A DNA stretch of 64,000 nucleotides from Felis catus. Taxonomy: Eukaryota. The DNA is taken from contig NC_058368.1 of the NCBI RefSeq assembly GCF_018350175.1, positions 109,122,001 to 109,186,000 of the forward strand, written 5' to 3'. The translations under genes and the position numbers were made by a program. Of this stretch, positions 36,343 to 50,231 are shown piece by piece (position 1 is the stretch's first letter; each line of letters begins with the position of its first letter). The notes under the pieces are model-generated. The model was given only the letters and a program-made list of their open reading frames with translations. It was not told the DNA's origin and did not search any database.

Positions 36343-36441
36343 ATGGCAGCACGCCCTGGACTTGTCTGCACCGCAAGCGGCCCTGAGGAGGGACAGCAGG
36401 GAGACAAGAAAATGGACTCCCCTCTGCAACCTGCAATGTGA
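36343..36441 (+). ncRNA. Candidate downstream exon of the CpG-island transcript (3' end uncertain)
   Basis: Strong acceptor (ATGAC branch-like motif, cttttt cttgttttgcctgcAG at 36341-36342), purine-rich exon-like body, possible donor AAT|GTGAGC at 36437/36438. Confidence 0.4.
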
Positions 36442-37682
36442 GCAGTTGTGTGAGGATTGTTGATGTTCTGTTTCGACCCCATTCGCCCTCCACAGATAAT
36501 AATTCTAAGTTTCCTATTTGGGAATAAGAGTACTTTCTGTCCAGAAGGCTAAGGCCATTGTGCTGCTTCTTGGCATTGTGATGAGATCTAGGAGAGACTT
36601 CCTGATTTTCAGCACCTGCTTGGTTTGATGCTGTTCTTTCCTGACTCGCAACCCCTTTAGGGCCATGTGTGACAGGGATTCTGTGACAGTTTCCTTCAGT
36701 GTCACTAGTCCTTCTTTGCAAGGAGCTTGATGATCCCTGTCCTTCATCCTACCCTCTGCCTGCTTTGCCCTAAGACTCTGTGTGTCAGGCACTGCTATGC
36801 GGTTTATATCTCATTTGGCCCCCACAAAAACCTGGTCAAATAGCAAATATTATTCCTTTGTTACAAATGCAGAACCAGGGCCCAGAGATTAAATTATGTA
36901 CAGAGGTGATATGTGGCAAGCCAGGGTGTGCAGCCCAAGGTCTCTGTCACTCTTGCCTCTTATCAGAAAATGAGGCTGGCCACCTATGGGTAGAGGATGA
37001 ATCACATTTGTGCTTGTAGACCAGAAAAAGGAACAAAGTAGAAGTAATGGAAAACAAAATTAGAGTCCCTAAATAACCTCACTCTCTTAAATCTACATCC
37101 TAACTTCACATAATCCTATTTTTCTTTATTTCTTTTAACCTGAATTATTGACACACTAGCAAAATTTGCCTTTGTTACCATTTGCCCTATGCATATCCTT
37201 GTGTACTTGGCGCAAGGTAGCTTTATGGTTCATTTGAAGGGTCTGGAACCTCCATAAATCAGACAAGTGGGAAGAGTCTTCCTCTGTGTGCGGAAGGTCT
37301 GGTGACCCATCTGAGGGTGCACACGGTGATGACCCTGAGCGCCCTGAGTGTGACCCTGTCTCAGCTTACCTCTGATGACTGGTACAACCCACAGCTGAAG
37401 TGTCGCCCGTGTCAGTTATGTTATAAGCCAGACCACTCATAAGTGCCTCCTGATATCGGAGCATTCTAAAATGCTGCAGTTAAAACTGTGGCCAGTGGAA
37501 GAAGAGCTGTTCTTTGTCCCAGGGGCATCTTCCTGAGTGCTACTTTGGGGCACTTCTCTAGCCCCTCAGCACAAAGAGCCTCGAGGACACATTCACTGTG
37601 GATGTTTCAAACCAGTAGATTGACACCAATCACTTTCACAAGCAACAGTCACTAGCCTGTGTGAGATATTTTTTCCTTGTAC

Positions 37683-38380
37683 TTTTTTTTTTTTTTTAAA
37701 ACAGCTTTACTGAGCTATAGTTCTCACACCATACAATTCATCCATTTAAAATGTATGATTAAGGGGCACCTGGGTGGCTCCGTCAGTTAAGCATCTGACT
37801 TCAGCTCAGGTCATGATCTCATGAGTTCAAGCCCCTCATTGGGCTCTTTGCTGTCAGGACAGAGCCTGCCTCGGATCCTCTGTCTCCCTCTCTCTCTGAC
37901 CCTCCCCCACTCATGTGTTCTCTCTCTCTCTCTCTATCTCTCAAAAATAAACAAAAAAAATATATGATTGAATGGCTTTTAATATATTCACAGTTATGCA
38001 TCCATCACCAGAGTCAATTTTATAACATTTTCATTACCCCAAAAGAAAGTGTACCCCTAAATTGTCACCCACCTCCACTCTCCTGATTTCCCCATGCCAC
38101 TGGCAGCCACTCATCTACTTTCTGTTTCTAGACATCCTATACTGGACATTATAGAAATAGAGCCACACCACCTGTGATCTGCGTCTGGCTTCTTTCATTT
38201 TGCACCATGTCACAGCATGTGTCAGTACTCCATTCCTTTTCATTGCCAAGTAATATTCCATTGTGTGGATATACTGCCTTTGGGCTCTCATTCATCATTT
38301 GATGGACATTTGGGTTGATTTCAGTTTTGGCTGTTATAACACTATGAATATTTTGGAGTGTGGGTTTTTGTGGGGGCCAT
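37683..38380 (-). mobile_element. L1M 3' end fragment with a nested SINE
   Basis: acagctttactgagctatagtt...catccatcacca...acattttcattacccc...gatggacatttgggttg. Confidence 0.8.
37763..37958 (+). mobile_element. Can-SINE
   Basis: GGGGCACCTGGGTGGCTC head; TSD AAAT(G/A)TATGATT. Confidence 0.92.
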
Positions 38381-38640
38381 GATTGTAAGTTGTAAGTTTT
38401 ATGACTGTAAGTTGTAATGAGCAATTCCAGTTTTTAAAGATTTAAGAGAGGAATAGAACTATGTCAGTGTTGTTTGTAACTTAAAGGGACAATTGTTTTG
38501 TGTAGATGTAGATTTCCATTCAGAGAGATTAACTATATAACACAAAGTTAAAATCAAAACGTGTCTAGATCTAATTCTCCATATCACTTGAGTTTTCTGA
38601 GTTCTATGTTTTACTATTTTTGTTTAAAAAAAAAATAGGC

Positions 38641-38848
38641 TGGAGCACCTGGGTGGCTCAGTTGGTTAAGTATCGATTCTTTTTGTCAACTCAGATCATG
38701 ATCTCATGGTTCATGGGTTCAAGCCCCTCATCAGGCTCTGCACTGATGGCATGAAGCCTCCTTGCTATTCTCTCTCTCCCTCTCTCTCTGTCCCTCCTCA
38801 TCCTCCCCCCTCCCCTCTCTCAAAATAAATAAATAAACTTTAAAAAAA
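38641..38848 (+). mobile_element. Can-SINE
   Basis: ggagcacctgggtggctcagttggttaag head, (CT) region, AATAAATAAATAAA tail. Confidence 0.9.
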
Positions 38849-39992
38849 TTAGGAAAGAAATATGTATTGGTCCTGAGGTTTCACTTGAAATGTTGTGGAA
38901 TTAGTCTGGGTGGAAGGTGGTACAAGGATTTTTTTCTGGGTGTGTTTGGCTGCTGGGTGGTTGAGGTGGAAGCCAGGACCAGAGAGAGGAACGAGGTGGG
39001 AGGAGAATCTGGGTGATGTGTGACACCCATCTGCCTTTGGCCCAGCTTCCCCTGGCCCACCCTCATGGCTGCAGGGCACTGACTGGTAATACTTAGTATG
39101 GTTATTGCTTGTTAACTGGGTGACGTGCTTCACAGCTGAGAACCTCTGTGTCCAGTTTCACTCTGCTTCTGACTCACAAAGCTCTGGTGTTGAGCTGTTG
39201 GTTTTTAGTAAAAGCAGGTGTTAGGAAGAATGTACTAAAGGACGAATCAAGCCCCTAAGGGACTTTGATAGATGCAGTACTAAAAAACATTTCCGGGCTG
39301 TTTTTTGTTATTATGTTTGTTTTGTTTTGTTTTTTTAAACAAGACTTAACAGTTTTCAGTTTAACTGTGTTTTCCTTCCTGAAATCTCTAAGTGAGGCCA
39401 GTCCTTGTGATTTATTCTATGCATTGTTTTTAGGGAGTTCCTCTACTTCTCATGTCTCAGTTGAAGTTAGAGAGCATTGTTTTTCTTTTCACACCAACCA
39501 TACCTGCAGAAATAGGAGTGATTTGAGTTTGCCTCCAATTTCTTTCTTTATCTCTATTTTCCTTCCTTTGGGGGTGTTTTAACTGAATTCTGACTTTGGG
39601 TGAGTCAACAGGAATTTTTATGTATCATTCAATGCATGACAGGAGAGATATCATAAGAGATGGTAGCCCTCAAGGATCCCACCTTCTGGTTTGAGAGTCA
39701 AAACTTTGTTCCTACCTGTTGACATACAGTACTAACACCTCTGAGTGCCCAATTGTGAATGGCCAGAGAAGCCCAAGTGAGGGAAGGCTTTGTGAGGCCT
39801 GCCCCTGAGACTTTAGTAAACTCAAATGGGAGAAAGAAAGCGGGTAATAGTCGTAGGCATACAGACATGACAGCAAACTGGAGTTGGGAGGCGTGATGAT
39901 GAGTAGGGTAGTTGACAAGATTTGGGTGATGGTAGGATTTGACTATCAAGCCAAGCAGTTTGACTTTAATAACCCTAAAGAATATGAAGTAA

Positions 39993-40105
39993 GGGGGCGC
40001 CTGCTTGGCTGAGTCAGTGGAGCAAGCAACTCTTGATCTTGCAGTTGTGAGTTTGAGCCCCACGTTGAGTTTAGAGATTACTTAAAAAAGTATTTAAAAA
40101 AAAAA
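39993..40105 (+). mobile_element. Short Can-SINE
   Basis: GGGGCGCCTGCTTGGCTGAGTCAGTGGAG head; TSD AAAGAATA(T/G)GAAGTAA. Confidence 0.88.
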
Positions 40106-42149
40106 GAATAGGAAGTAAAGACTTTTGAACAGGAACACAAGCTTACTGTTTAAAGGAGAGACTTTTATTTCCATTTTACACCTGAGGAAACCAGTCCTTT
40201 TCAAATATTTTCTTTTCAAATAATTCTCCAAGGTCACATGACTAGTGGAGGTTGGATCCCCCAGAGCCCAGGGTAGATATATATATGCGTGCACTGGCCT
40301 GAATCTTCAGATCACCAAGGCTTCAGCCAGCTCCACCCTTGTGTGACCCTGGGAGTCTATACATGACTGCATTTGTTTGTCAGCGTCACTCCCTGGGCTG
40401 AACCGATAAGGGGGAGATGGGGGATTTGGGGTAAGTCACTTCCCAGCCTTTATGAAGCCCTGGGAAAGCAGGGGCAGGCACCCAGCCAGGCCTCCATAGT
40501 CAGCACAGCAACAGTCCAGGCATGTTCCAAGAGCTGCAGAGAGTGCCTGAGGAGTTTTGGAGCTACAGGTCCCTGGGCGAGCTTTTCCTCCAAAATGGGA
40601 GCCGCAGGGCTGATTGTGATCTGGGCAGGGTGTCAGCACAGCTGCAGCCACAGCACAAGTCGACTCTTGTCACTGCCCTGATCCTTTAGCGCAGGCAGGA
40701 GAACAAGAGGACTCCGTCTGTACTGAAGTTTTCCATTCATTCCTTTGCTCACTCCTTCACAGACTATGCAACAAATAGTTAAGTACCTAAGATGTCCTGA
40801 GCCGCCTTAAGGCAACACACAAAACAACCTGAGTCCCTGGGTTGCCTTTGCTTGATCCTTCTGGTCTCACCTATGGAATTTGAGTAGGCAGAGCATTCCT
40901 GTCCAACGGGAGAGAGAAAGGAAAAAAATGAGTTATTGAGGGTTTTCCTCATCTTAGAGGTCTCTGATTCTGTAGACAGATCTCACAGAAGGTTCTTAAA
41001 TGGATTAGGAATATCCCTTAAATCATGTCCAGGGGGTTGCAATTTGTATTTCTATTATGCAGCGCACCCCTCCTCTTTTTTTTTCTTTCAAAACACTTTT
41101 ACTTCTGTCCTTGATCTTTATGAATTAATCCTTTATGTCACAGTAGATATACAGACATGATACTGAGACCCACGTCTACCTTTACTGACAGTGGACCCTG
41201 GTTCCTCCAAAATTTCCTTGTCTGAAAATGGGAATGAAAACAGTACCTACCTTAGAGGGCACTCCGGGGATAGAGGTGACGATGCTCCTGGCACAGGGCC
41301 TGGCTCAGAGAAAAACCTCAGGGAATGATGGTTACAATGATGACTGTCTGTAATTATTCCCATTTAACAGGAAGGAAAGCCTTAGACCTGGGAGGTTAAG
41401 TGACTTGCTTAAGGTCATGTAGAGAGTTAGAGGCAAAGCTGGAAGTAGGAGCCAGGGCTTATGGGGTCCCAGGCCAGTGCTCTGGCCTTGGGATTCATTT
41501 TGGTCTCCAAGAGAAAATGTTAATACACATGGATAATTGTGTCTGAGGCTAATCCTCTGGTAGCTGGTTTTGCCTTTTATCGGGGATTGGAGGGCAAGGC
41601 TTCCTCAACACACAAGATTCTCAATCCCGGGCACCTGTGGGAGCAGAGGATTGGGGGCCTCCTTCTTTGTTTTCTGAGAGGCATAGTGGGCCTGGGGGCG
41701 GTGTGATTCCAGTACTCCTCTGCTCCACCCTTGCCTGGTGCTGGCCAGATCCTGCGGACCCCCCTGGGGCTTCACAGGGACCAAGCCTGGCCTGGGGTGG
41801 GCACTGGGCTAGGCATGCAGATGGCAGCTGGGTGCTCTAGAATTCTCCATCCTTGAGCAGAGCTGGGCCCTTACTGCTGTAGGAGGACTCTCAGGCTTAA
41901 GCCTGGGAACTGGGTATGGGAGGAGTCTCCTTAAAACCCTTTGGAAAAAGAAACCTGACATTTGCCATTGGGGCAGGGGCTGCGGATGTCCCTTGCAGCT
42001 TCCCTGGTCACCCTGTGGTCAGAGGACTGTTCCCATTGGTCTTAGGTACACAGTGGGGTGCCCTTACTGCTGGTAAGGGAGAGTTAAGAACTGCCCAGAT
42101 GGGTTTTCCCAGGAAGTGGATAGCACTTGGAATTTTGCTTCAGGTGGGA

Positions 42150-42400
42150 TAGTGCAGTGGAGAAGTCCACAGTTAGGCCTGGATTTGAATCCCAGCTCTG
42201 CTTCTCTGCGTGCAGGGGTGGATGGGTGGGGCATGCTTGGAAAGTTATTTAGCCCCTTTAGTTCTCAGTTTCTATATCTGTAAAATGGGAATGAGAATAC
42301 CTACTTCACACATATGCAGTATGAAATAAAGTAACATATGCAAACGTGCATGTGCATGGCCTGTTGTGGCTATTTTTATCATTCTTATTGTTATTAAGCA
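42150..42400. mobile_element. MIR SINE fragment
   Basis: ctggatttgaatcccagctctgc...ctcagtttctatatctgtaaaatgggaatgagaatacctacttc. Confidence 0.8.
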
Positions 42401-43602
42401 CATCACTGGGCTCCACTAATACGTGGGTGGAAACAGCTTTCACGTGTGGCTCAGCCTTGCAGAGGCTGTGCATCTGCCATGACTCAGGAGCTTAAAATGA
42501 GCCGAGGAGCTTAAACCTCTCTTTGCTGTATTGTTATGTGCAGTCATTTCTGTTATCTGGGGGGGATCATTCAGTTCCTGCTGCTGTGTAATGCCATGTC
42601 ATCTTTCACAGTTTCTTCTCTTTTTAGTTTGGTGTTTTTGAATGAAAAAAATAACTATATAGCTAAAACGTATTGAGGGTTTACTCTAATAAAGTTTTAC
42701 TTATATTATCTTCTTTAATTCATGTAACAACCAAATGAAGAGACAGAGGTTGAATGATGCCCAAGGCTACACTGCTTTTGTACAGCAGACCCCAGCTTCC
42801 CAGGCCCAATGCCAGAGCCCACACTCAGCCCCTGCCTGCCTCCCTTAACAGGGCAGTGGTTGACTTTGGTGGCCTCGAGAGATCACATAGTCTGGTCTGT
42901 CCCCCAGCCCCCTCTCTGGACGAAGCTGTGTGCCACAGAGGTGAACATCTGCCTGACCTTAGAAGCTTCTCTGAGGACACTGCAGATCCTGTTCCGGAAG
43001 CCATATTAGGGTCTGTAGGGACAGTGGCTTCATCCTCAGTCCTCTTGCAGTGTCCCCTTCAGGCTATCCATACATCCTCAGGAGTAGTTAGGGACTCACT
43101 TTGAGAGTGTGCTCAGTCCTGGGTTGGGCATAGACAGCAAGGGTGACGTTCCACTGGTATGTGGATGGTGGGGCCTTCTGCCGCTGTGTCTGTGGTATGT
43201 GGCATCCAGTGCTGGTGTAACCAGACATCGTCTCCGCCTTCCCTCCAACTGAGTCACCAGACCACAGCTGGCTCCTTCCTCACAGGTTTGTGTCTACTGG
43301 GCTCTGAGAGCAGAGAGGTGGCCTGTGGCCCAACTGGATGGCTTGAGGAGCTGAGTGGCTGTATCCAGCCTGGCCTGCGGTCCCTGACGTGACTGGGGTG
43401 GGTAGATCAGCTCTGACCACAGCAGCCACTGAGGGGTTTTTTAGGGACCTTGAGGCCTGAGAACTAACATACCCCCCGGGTGTGCCTTCATGCAGTGAGC
43501 ACTTATTGAGCATCCACTGTGTGCCTCAGGAGACCGTGTGAAAGTGACCTCACGTGTGAGTTGGTGTAGTGCTGCTTCCAGCCCAGCGGGCAGGGCCACC
43601 AG

Positions 43603-43621
43603 TGGCCACCAGGGAGCTCCA
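43603..43621 (+). promoter_or_regulatory. Candidate CTCF site
   Basis: TGGCCACCAGGGAGCTCCA against consensus TGGCCACCAGGGGGCGCTA. Confidence 0.4.
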
Positions 43622-46600
43622 CTGCTCTCAGAAGGATCCAAGGCTGGCAGAGGGGCCGGGTTGGCTGTGTTTCTGTTTATCTGAGCAGCTTCCATGACAA
43701 CCAGGAGATAAATACCTGAGGTCAAGCAAAGCCTGGAGCAAGATTAGGTGTCTGGATAGGGTGGGGCTTATACTGTGATTTGGAGACCCTTAAGTGACCA
43801 GAATCTTCCAGGTGGCCTATTCAACCTATCTAATTAGTTTTTTAGTTAATTAATTAATGCCCCACCCAATTCCAGGAAGGATTTAAAGTGGCTCCATTCA
43901 GCAGGTGTTTTAGAGGGAAGAAGATATCCTAAGCTTGCTCTCAGTGAAATGTTGGGGTTTAGGCCCCACATGGGTCATATACCAGCTGCCAGCTCAGCTC
44001 CATGCTCCCAGGTCTGGCTCCCTGAGAAGCACAGCCTTTGCAGCTTCTATAATCACCTCCTGGGCCCTTTGCAACAAGTGGCCCCCCGACACCTTCCTGC
44101 CTTGAGGCAAATCATGTGACTTAAGAGAAGCAAATCTGACCTCAATTACCAGGTGCAAATATCAGTCACTGGGAGTAACCAGGAGGCCAGCGTCCCTGGT
44201 TGTTTCAGCCTCTGGCGTTAAATATTAAGAGTGCACTGTTCAGGGTGTGATAAAGGCTGTCTCTAACAGTTTATGATTTCCAGTAAACCAGAGGGCTTCA
44301 AGGAAGGCCCAGGGGCAGGTGAGAGACTCCAAGCCTGGCCTACCACTGAGCTGGCAGAGCAATTTCTGCAGGAATAGGAGGGGCGGGCACAGGGCCCCAG
44401 CTTCTCAAAGGGCCAGAGAGCCCTTTCCCAGCAGAGCCAGAGAGCCACATTGCCCAGCCACCATATGAAGCAGGGCCGGTTTCTGCAGCCTGCCACACAG
44501 TGATGTGCACTCTGGGGGTGGCCATATGGGGAAAGGAAGACATGTATCCGCAGTGCTGTGGCCATTGTGCCTGCTTCCTGCTACCCAGCTGCCAGGCCAG
44601 CTAGGAGCCTTGGACACATTCCTCTGTACGTCTGGCCCGTGGGCAGCTGGAGCTGCTCTCACAGAAAGCCAGAGGAGCATTTCCAGCATCTGGGACCTGC
44701 AGACACTGGGCTGAGAATCCTCAGCATCTGGCCACGTGGAAGCTCTAGGCAGGCAGCATACCCCATCTTGGCCTGGGAAGAGACCTGAGCTCCCCTCCCC
44801 ACTTCCAATACCATAAAGGAGGCCCTTCTAAGTTTCTCTGGAGTATCTGATCCAACAGCAAAGATAGAAGACACACGTAGAATTAAATCAGAACACAGTA
44901 ACAGTAGCATGCATTCACTTAACAAATATGTAATGAACACTTCGCTGTGTGGCACACACTGTGTTAGATGCTGGGCTTAAAACCGTGAACACCTATCCCT
45001 GATCAAACGGAGCTTGCTTACTCTAGTGGTGAAGATAGGAGGTAATTAAACACATAAATAAAATGTTAACAGTAGGATTAAGTGGTGTGTAGCAAATTAA
45101 AGTACACTAATATGTAACCAAGTGACCAAGTAGCTATGTTGCACTGGGTGGTCGGGGATGACCTCTGAGGAAGTGGTGTTCAAGAGAATACCTGAAAAAG
45201 AAGAGGGAGTTTGGAGGAGGTGAATAGTCACAAGATTACCTGTCCTGATAGCTGTTGGGACAGGAGAGCCAGGGTGCCAGTAGGAGAGGAAGGATGTTCT
45301 AGAACACACAGCTTAGTTAACTTGATGCTTTGGGATTTGTAACATTTCTTATTTTCTGAATCATGCCCTAAACATCCATTCAGGAAACCTTTACTGAGTG
45401 TCCTCTGTGTGCCATGCACTCTACTGGACATGGTGAAAGTAAAATGGACCTGCCAGCATCCCTTCTCAAGGGTGTTGAATCTGTTGTGAGAGGCCAGGAA
45501 ACCAAGGCTGTGTGGGAAGTGCTGTGGAGGAGAGAACCAAGGAGGGGCTTCCCAATCCCTGTGGGCCTTGAGGGGAGGAGACACTGTCTGTGAGGCTCCC
45601 TGGGTGAGATGACACTTGAGGGGTCGTGGAGGGGATGAGGTTAGCCAGGCAAAGAAGAGAACGCGTGTGTTCTAGGCACAGCGACCTGTGCGAAGGTTCG
45701 GAGGGGAGGGGAGGCAGATGTGAGAAGAATATGCTCCAGAGCCTGCACCAGACATCTGAGAGTGGCTTGTGGAGTTAAGAGGTTCCCAGGGGGCCAAGTG
45801 AGTGCCGGGCAAAGGCTTGAGAAAAGGACTGCTGAGGTTCACGAGCTCAGACCAATCTCGGGCCTCCCTTCCCACCGGGAGCCATCCAATGGGAGGACCA
45901 ACTCACTCGGAGCAGCCATTTCCCAAATCAGAATAGAAGAGTCACCTGAACCCTCCACGTGAACACATCTGACTGCTGGTTTTTTAGAGGGAAGGGAGCC
46001 CTGAGATAAAATCTATTAATCTAGAAGTAGGAACAAAAGTTTGTGTTTAGGGCAGGAAGACCTTCTTTGCAAGTCTCACTAGGCTCTCTGGTGAGTCTCA
46101 ATAGGCTGTAAAATTGCCAAGACTGTTATCACATCCCAATAAATGCATAGTATGATCATAAAGTAAAATAATGCTGTGTTTACTCCAGCCTGATAGGGAA
46201 CATACACTTTCTCTCCTCCTTGCCTCTTACCTTCTCCCCTTCTTTTGTTTCCCTCTCTCATTTCCAGCCCCCAGAGTCCCTGGTAATCTTTTTTACACAC
46301 TCATTTCTCTCTCAAAACCCTCCAATATAGATAACCGCACTTGATTACTTGGAACTCATCTCAGCCTGTTGAAAACCAGGAAGTAAGCAGTAAATAAAAA
46401 AGGTAGCCAGAAAGAGTGAGAGGGAGAGAGACCAAAGTCTAAAATTAATCAATATTTATTGAGGATTTGTGGACTTACTATGTTCAAGCACTGTGCTAAG
46501 CTCACCACATTCTGTTTTTGTTTAACCTTCCCAAATGCTCTTCCACGTGCCCCATCACATCTGCTCCCCACCCCCTCCACCTCCTTTGTGCCCCAGGAGG

Positions 46601-47944
46601 CTGACCTGTATGCAGTACATCATCACGTACCTTGTCTCTGGGTTCGGACTTTGGCCAGTGGAGATCAGTGGACACAGGAAAATTAGGTAAAGAATTTATT
46701 CTCCTGGCTCCACCCCAGGTCATTACACCCTAACTCACCCATTCTGACAGCCACCTTCTCTGGGCTCCCTGCCCTTGTCCTTCACACCTTCAGGCTGGAG
46801 GTGGTAACAGCTCCCCACTGTTGCTAACCCTGAAGTACCCCTCTCTTCCTTGTTGGTTTCCTTAAACCCTTCCAGTTTGAGAATGCCATCTGTTTCCTGC
46901 AGGACCCTGACAGTATGATAAACTCTAGGAGGTAAGCACTGTATTCACCCCATTGTAAGACAGAGAACGTGAGGCTCAGAGAAGTTTAATAACTTGTCCA
47001 AGGGTCTATGGGGCAGAGGGTAGAACTAAGACTCAAATCCAAGTGTTACTGATACTTGTGGCTAAGCACGTGTATGTTTAGTCATTACATCCCACTGTTT
47101 CCCATGCAGAGAAGACCACCTATCTCCCCAGATTCCACTAAATATCTGTTACTACTTTTGTTTCCCTATCCACAACCATTTAAGAGCAAAAATTAGAAAT
47201 CGGTGCTATAGACAGGCTTTCTAGTAAATAATGAGAAGGGCCTGGAGACAGTCTGCAATGGAGAAAGGCATAGTAACTATTAAAAATAGGCCTCAGAACT
47301 TGACAAGCCTTCAAACTCCACCCTTGCCATATCTTCTGTGTGTTCTGAGGGATGGCAGCATTGACATTACGATCCTTCGGAGCTGAAGTAGAGTTTCTGA
47401 ATTTGCAAAAAGACTTAACTTGGGGTTGCCTAATTCTGCCTGACATTGGTTTTTATTTCAGTGGTCAGTTTTCATGCTTAGTTTGTAACACCCCAAGCAC
47501 AGGGCAGAGGTTTTTTTAGTTCTGAAACTGCTGATTCAGTTTGCATGAGGATATTACTTTTTAAGGAACTTTCAAAAACACCTAAAATTTAACTGTAGCC
47601 ATAGTTTAGTTAGAGAATCCCTGGGTGAAGAATTTTGTCCATTCCCTAGCATTTACAGAATCTGACATCACTTAGGTTGGAGGAAGACCCTGGGGAGAAG
47701 CGCCAGGAGCCATTCAGCGGGTGGAAGGGCCTTTACCCTGGGACTCTCTCCATGGACAGCTATATGGAGGTTGTTATTAGGACATCATCTCCTGCCTGTC
47801 TGGCCAGTCCTTCAAGATCATAGCTGGAGGAAACCGTAACAGGGCTGCTTTACATTTTATTTGATTATTAGTAAGGTTGACCCTTTAAAAATCTTTTACA
47901 TTTGTATTAATTTTGATAATTCTGTTCACATGTATGCAAGAACT

Positions 47945-48207
47945 TGCTAGTTGCTTCCCAGTATCCATTGTCCCCTTTCTTAGTAACAAACCCAGATGCT
48001 AGCTGAGCCCTTTGCTGGCCAACCAAATGATTATGTTTCCCAGACTTCCTTGCAGCTAGGTATGGCCATGTTACTGGGTTCTGGCTAATGAGATATAAGT
48101 GAGAGTATCATGAGGTACTTCCAAGAAGTTGCCTGAAAAGGAGAGGCATGTGCCCTTCTACTCATTCTCCCTTTCTCCAACCTACTTTATTTTTGTTTGT
48201 TTTATTT

Positions 48208-48248
<41 letters not shown>

Positions 48249-48606
48249 AGAAGAAGGAGGAGGAGGAGGAGGAGGAGGAGGAGGAGGGAGAGGGGGAGGG
48301 GCAGAGGGAGACACAGAATCCAAAGCAGGCTCCAGGCTTCAAGCTGTCAGCACAGAGCCTGATGCAGGGCTTGAACCCACAAATCACAAGATCATGACCT
48401 GAGCTGAAGTCGGATGCTTAACTGAGTCACCCAGGCGCCCCTCCCCAGCCTACTTTTTTAAATGAGAGCACTATAACTAGAGTTCAAGCAACCAACATTG
48501 ACCATGAGAGCTGTGCCCTAGGGTTGGGGTAGGATGAGCTAGAAAAAGTATAGGTCCCTAATGACTCTTAGAACCACCATGCTGGCCCTGGACTGACACC
48601 TCTGGG

Positions 48607-48641
<35 letters not shown>

Positions 48642-48721
48642 GAGAAAGAAATCACCTCCATCTTGTTTAAGCCAGTGTTGTTTTCTGTTATATGTAACTG
48701 CACCAAATTCTAACTAATACA
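47945..48721. mobile_element. MaLR MLT1-type LTR interrupted by a SINE and poly-T
   Basis: tttcccagacttccttgcagctaggtatggccatgttactgggttctggctaatgagat...tcttgtttaagcca...ctaactaataca. Confidence 0.75.
48187..48441 (-). mobile_element. Can-SINE with a compound (GA)n(GAA)n(GGA)n microsatellite
   Basis: Ends ...cacccaggcgcccc; TSD CCA(A/G)CCTACTTT. Confidence 0.92.
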
Positions 48722-49614
48722 AAGTGCTCTGTGTTTTTTGTTGTTGTTTTTTTTAATTCTGGACCATGTTTTTTCATTACTTATCTGTGTTCTTTACATA
48801 GGAAGAATATTTTCTCTGTAAATGTGATTATTCTCCCCATTTTTGCTTGCCTTTTGATTTTGTTTATGAGTTTTGTTTTTAAAGCAGAGGTGTTGGGTTT
48901 TTTTTAATGTTAAAATTTCTAGAGTTTTAAAATGCTATTTGCTTTTGTATTTGAAGTCCTTCTCCATTCAGATGCGATAAATATCCACCAATATCTTTCT
49001 AGGTTTTTTTCCTAATGGTTCACTGTTTATATTTAGCATTTTTGTCCATTGGTGAGTGCTGTTGGTGAGTTTTGAATCTCCTGTAGGTCATCAATTTTGA
49101 TCCCCAACTGGCCTCCTGAGGTGTGGGACAGGAGCCAATATCACCTCTCACGTACACCAGCTGTCCTGGCCTGAGCCTCCTGAAGGCCAGCACACTCAGC
49201 ACACATACTCCCCCTGCACCTTCCCCCACTCCCCCCTCTTTGATTTCTCCACCCACTACCCAGGATAGCACTCTTGGCTTCTTCTGGGACTCCTGTCTTC
49301 ACCACCCTGTGTTCAGCGCTATTCCAGCTCACCTCAAATTCCTATTTACCTAGACCAGGCCATTGACAGATTTCCTAACTGTCCCATTTTTTAAAATTAT
49401 TTTTTCTCTGGAAAGGTATTATGAAGAATTTTTATATCTTTTTCTAAGTGGACATGGAATTTTTTAAATTAAAATTTTTGTTTTCTGATAAGAGAAATGA
49501 AACATATTCATCACCTAAAAAATTAGAAAATGCAAAAAAGTCCCAAACAAAATAAAAATAAAAGCCAGAAGTTCTGTATGAATACTGCTTTATAAAAACA
49601 CAAAATATAGCCTT

Positions 49615-49742
49615 GCATGATGACAGATGGTAGCTACACTTGTGGTGAGCATAGTATTACATTTAGATTTTTTGAATGACTATGTTGTACGCTTAAAACT
49701 ATTGTAATATTGTTTGCCAACTCTACTTCAATTAAAAAAAAA
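49615..49742 (+). mobile_element. Truncated L1 3' end
   Basis: gatggtagctacacttgtggtgagca...tatgttgtac.cttaaaacta.tgtaatattg...caactctacttcaattaaaaaaa. Confidence 0.75.
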
Positions 49743-50231
49743 TACATAGTAAAAAGTGAAATCTCTACCACCTCAAGAAGTAACCTCTATCAATAGTTGA
49801 AGTAGCTCCTTCCAGACTTATTTATACAAACAAACGTAAAAGATACACATAGGCACAGTTTTGTTCATGAATGTTAGATTGTGCTGTATATGTGTTCGGC
49901 AACTAGCTTTTTAAAATAGCAATATACTGTGTATGTCTTTCTGAGATGGTACAAAGAGACCTATACCACCTATGTTTCAAAGGCTGCATGGTATTATCTC
50001 ACTGCATGAATGCACCATTTTTTCATCTTCCCTCCTGCAGATGAATGTGGAGTTTTCCACTGTCATGTGACTGATATGCGAGGCTACTATAAACATCCTC
50101 GTCTTTATATTTTTACGCATTTGTGCCAGTGTTCCTATAGGACTTCTAAAATTGAGGTTGTTGAGTAAACGGGTACCTACATACTAAATTGTGCATGCTG
50201 CCAAAACCTCTTACTAATAAGTGCCTTGTCC

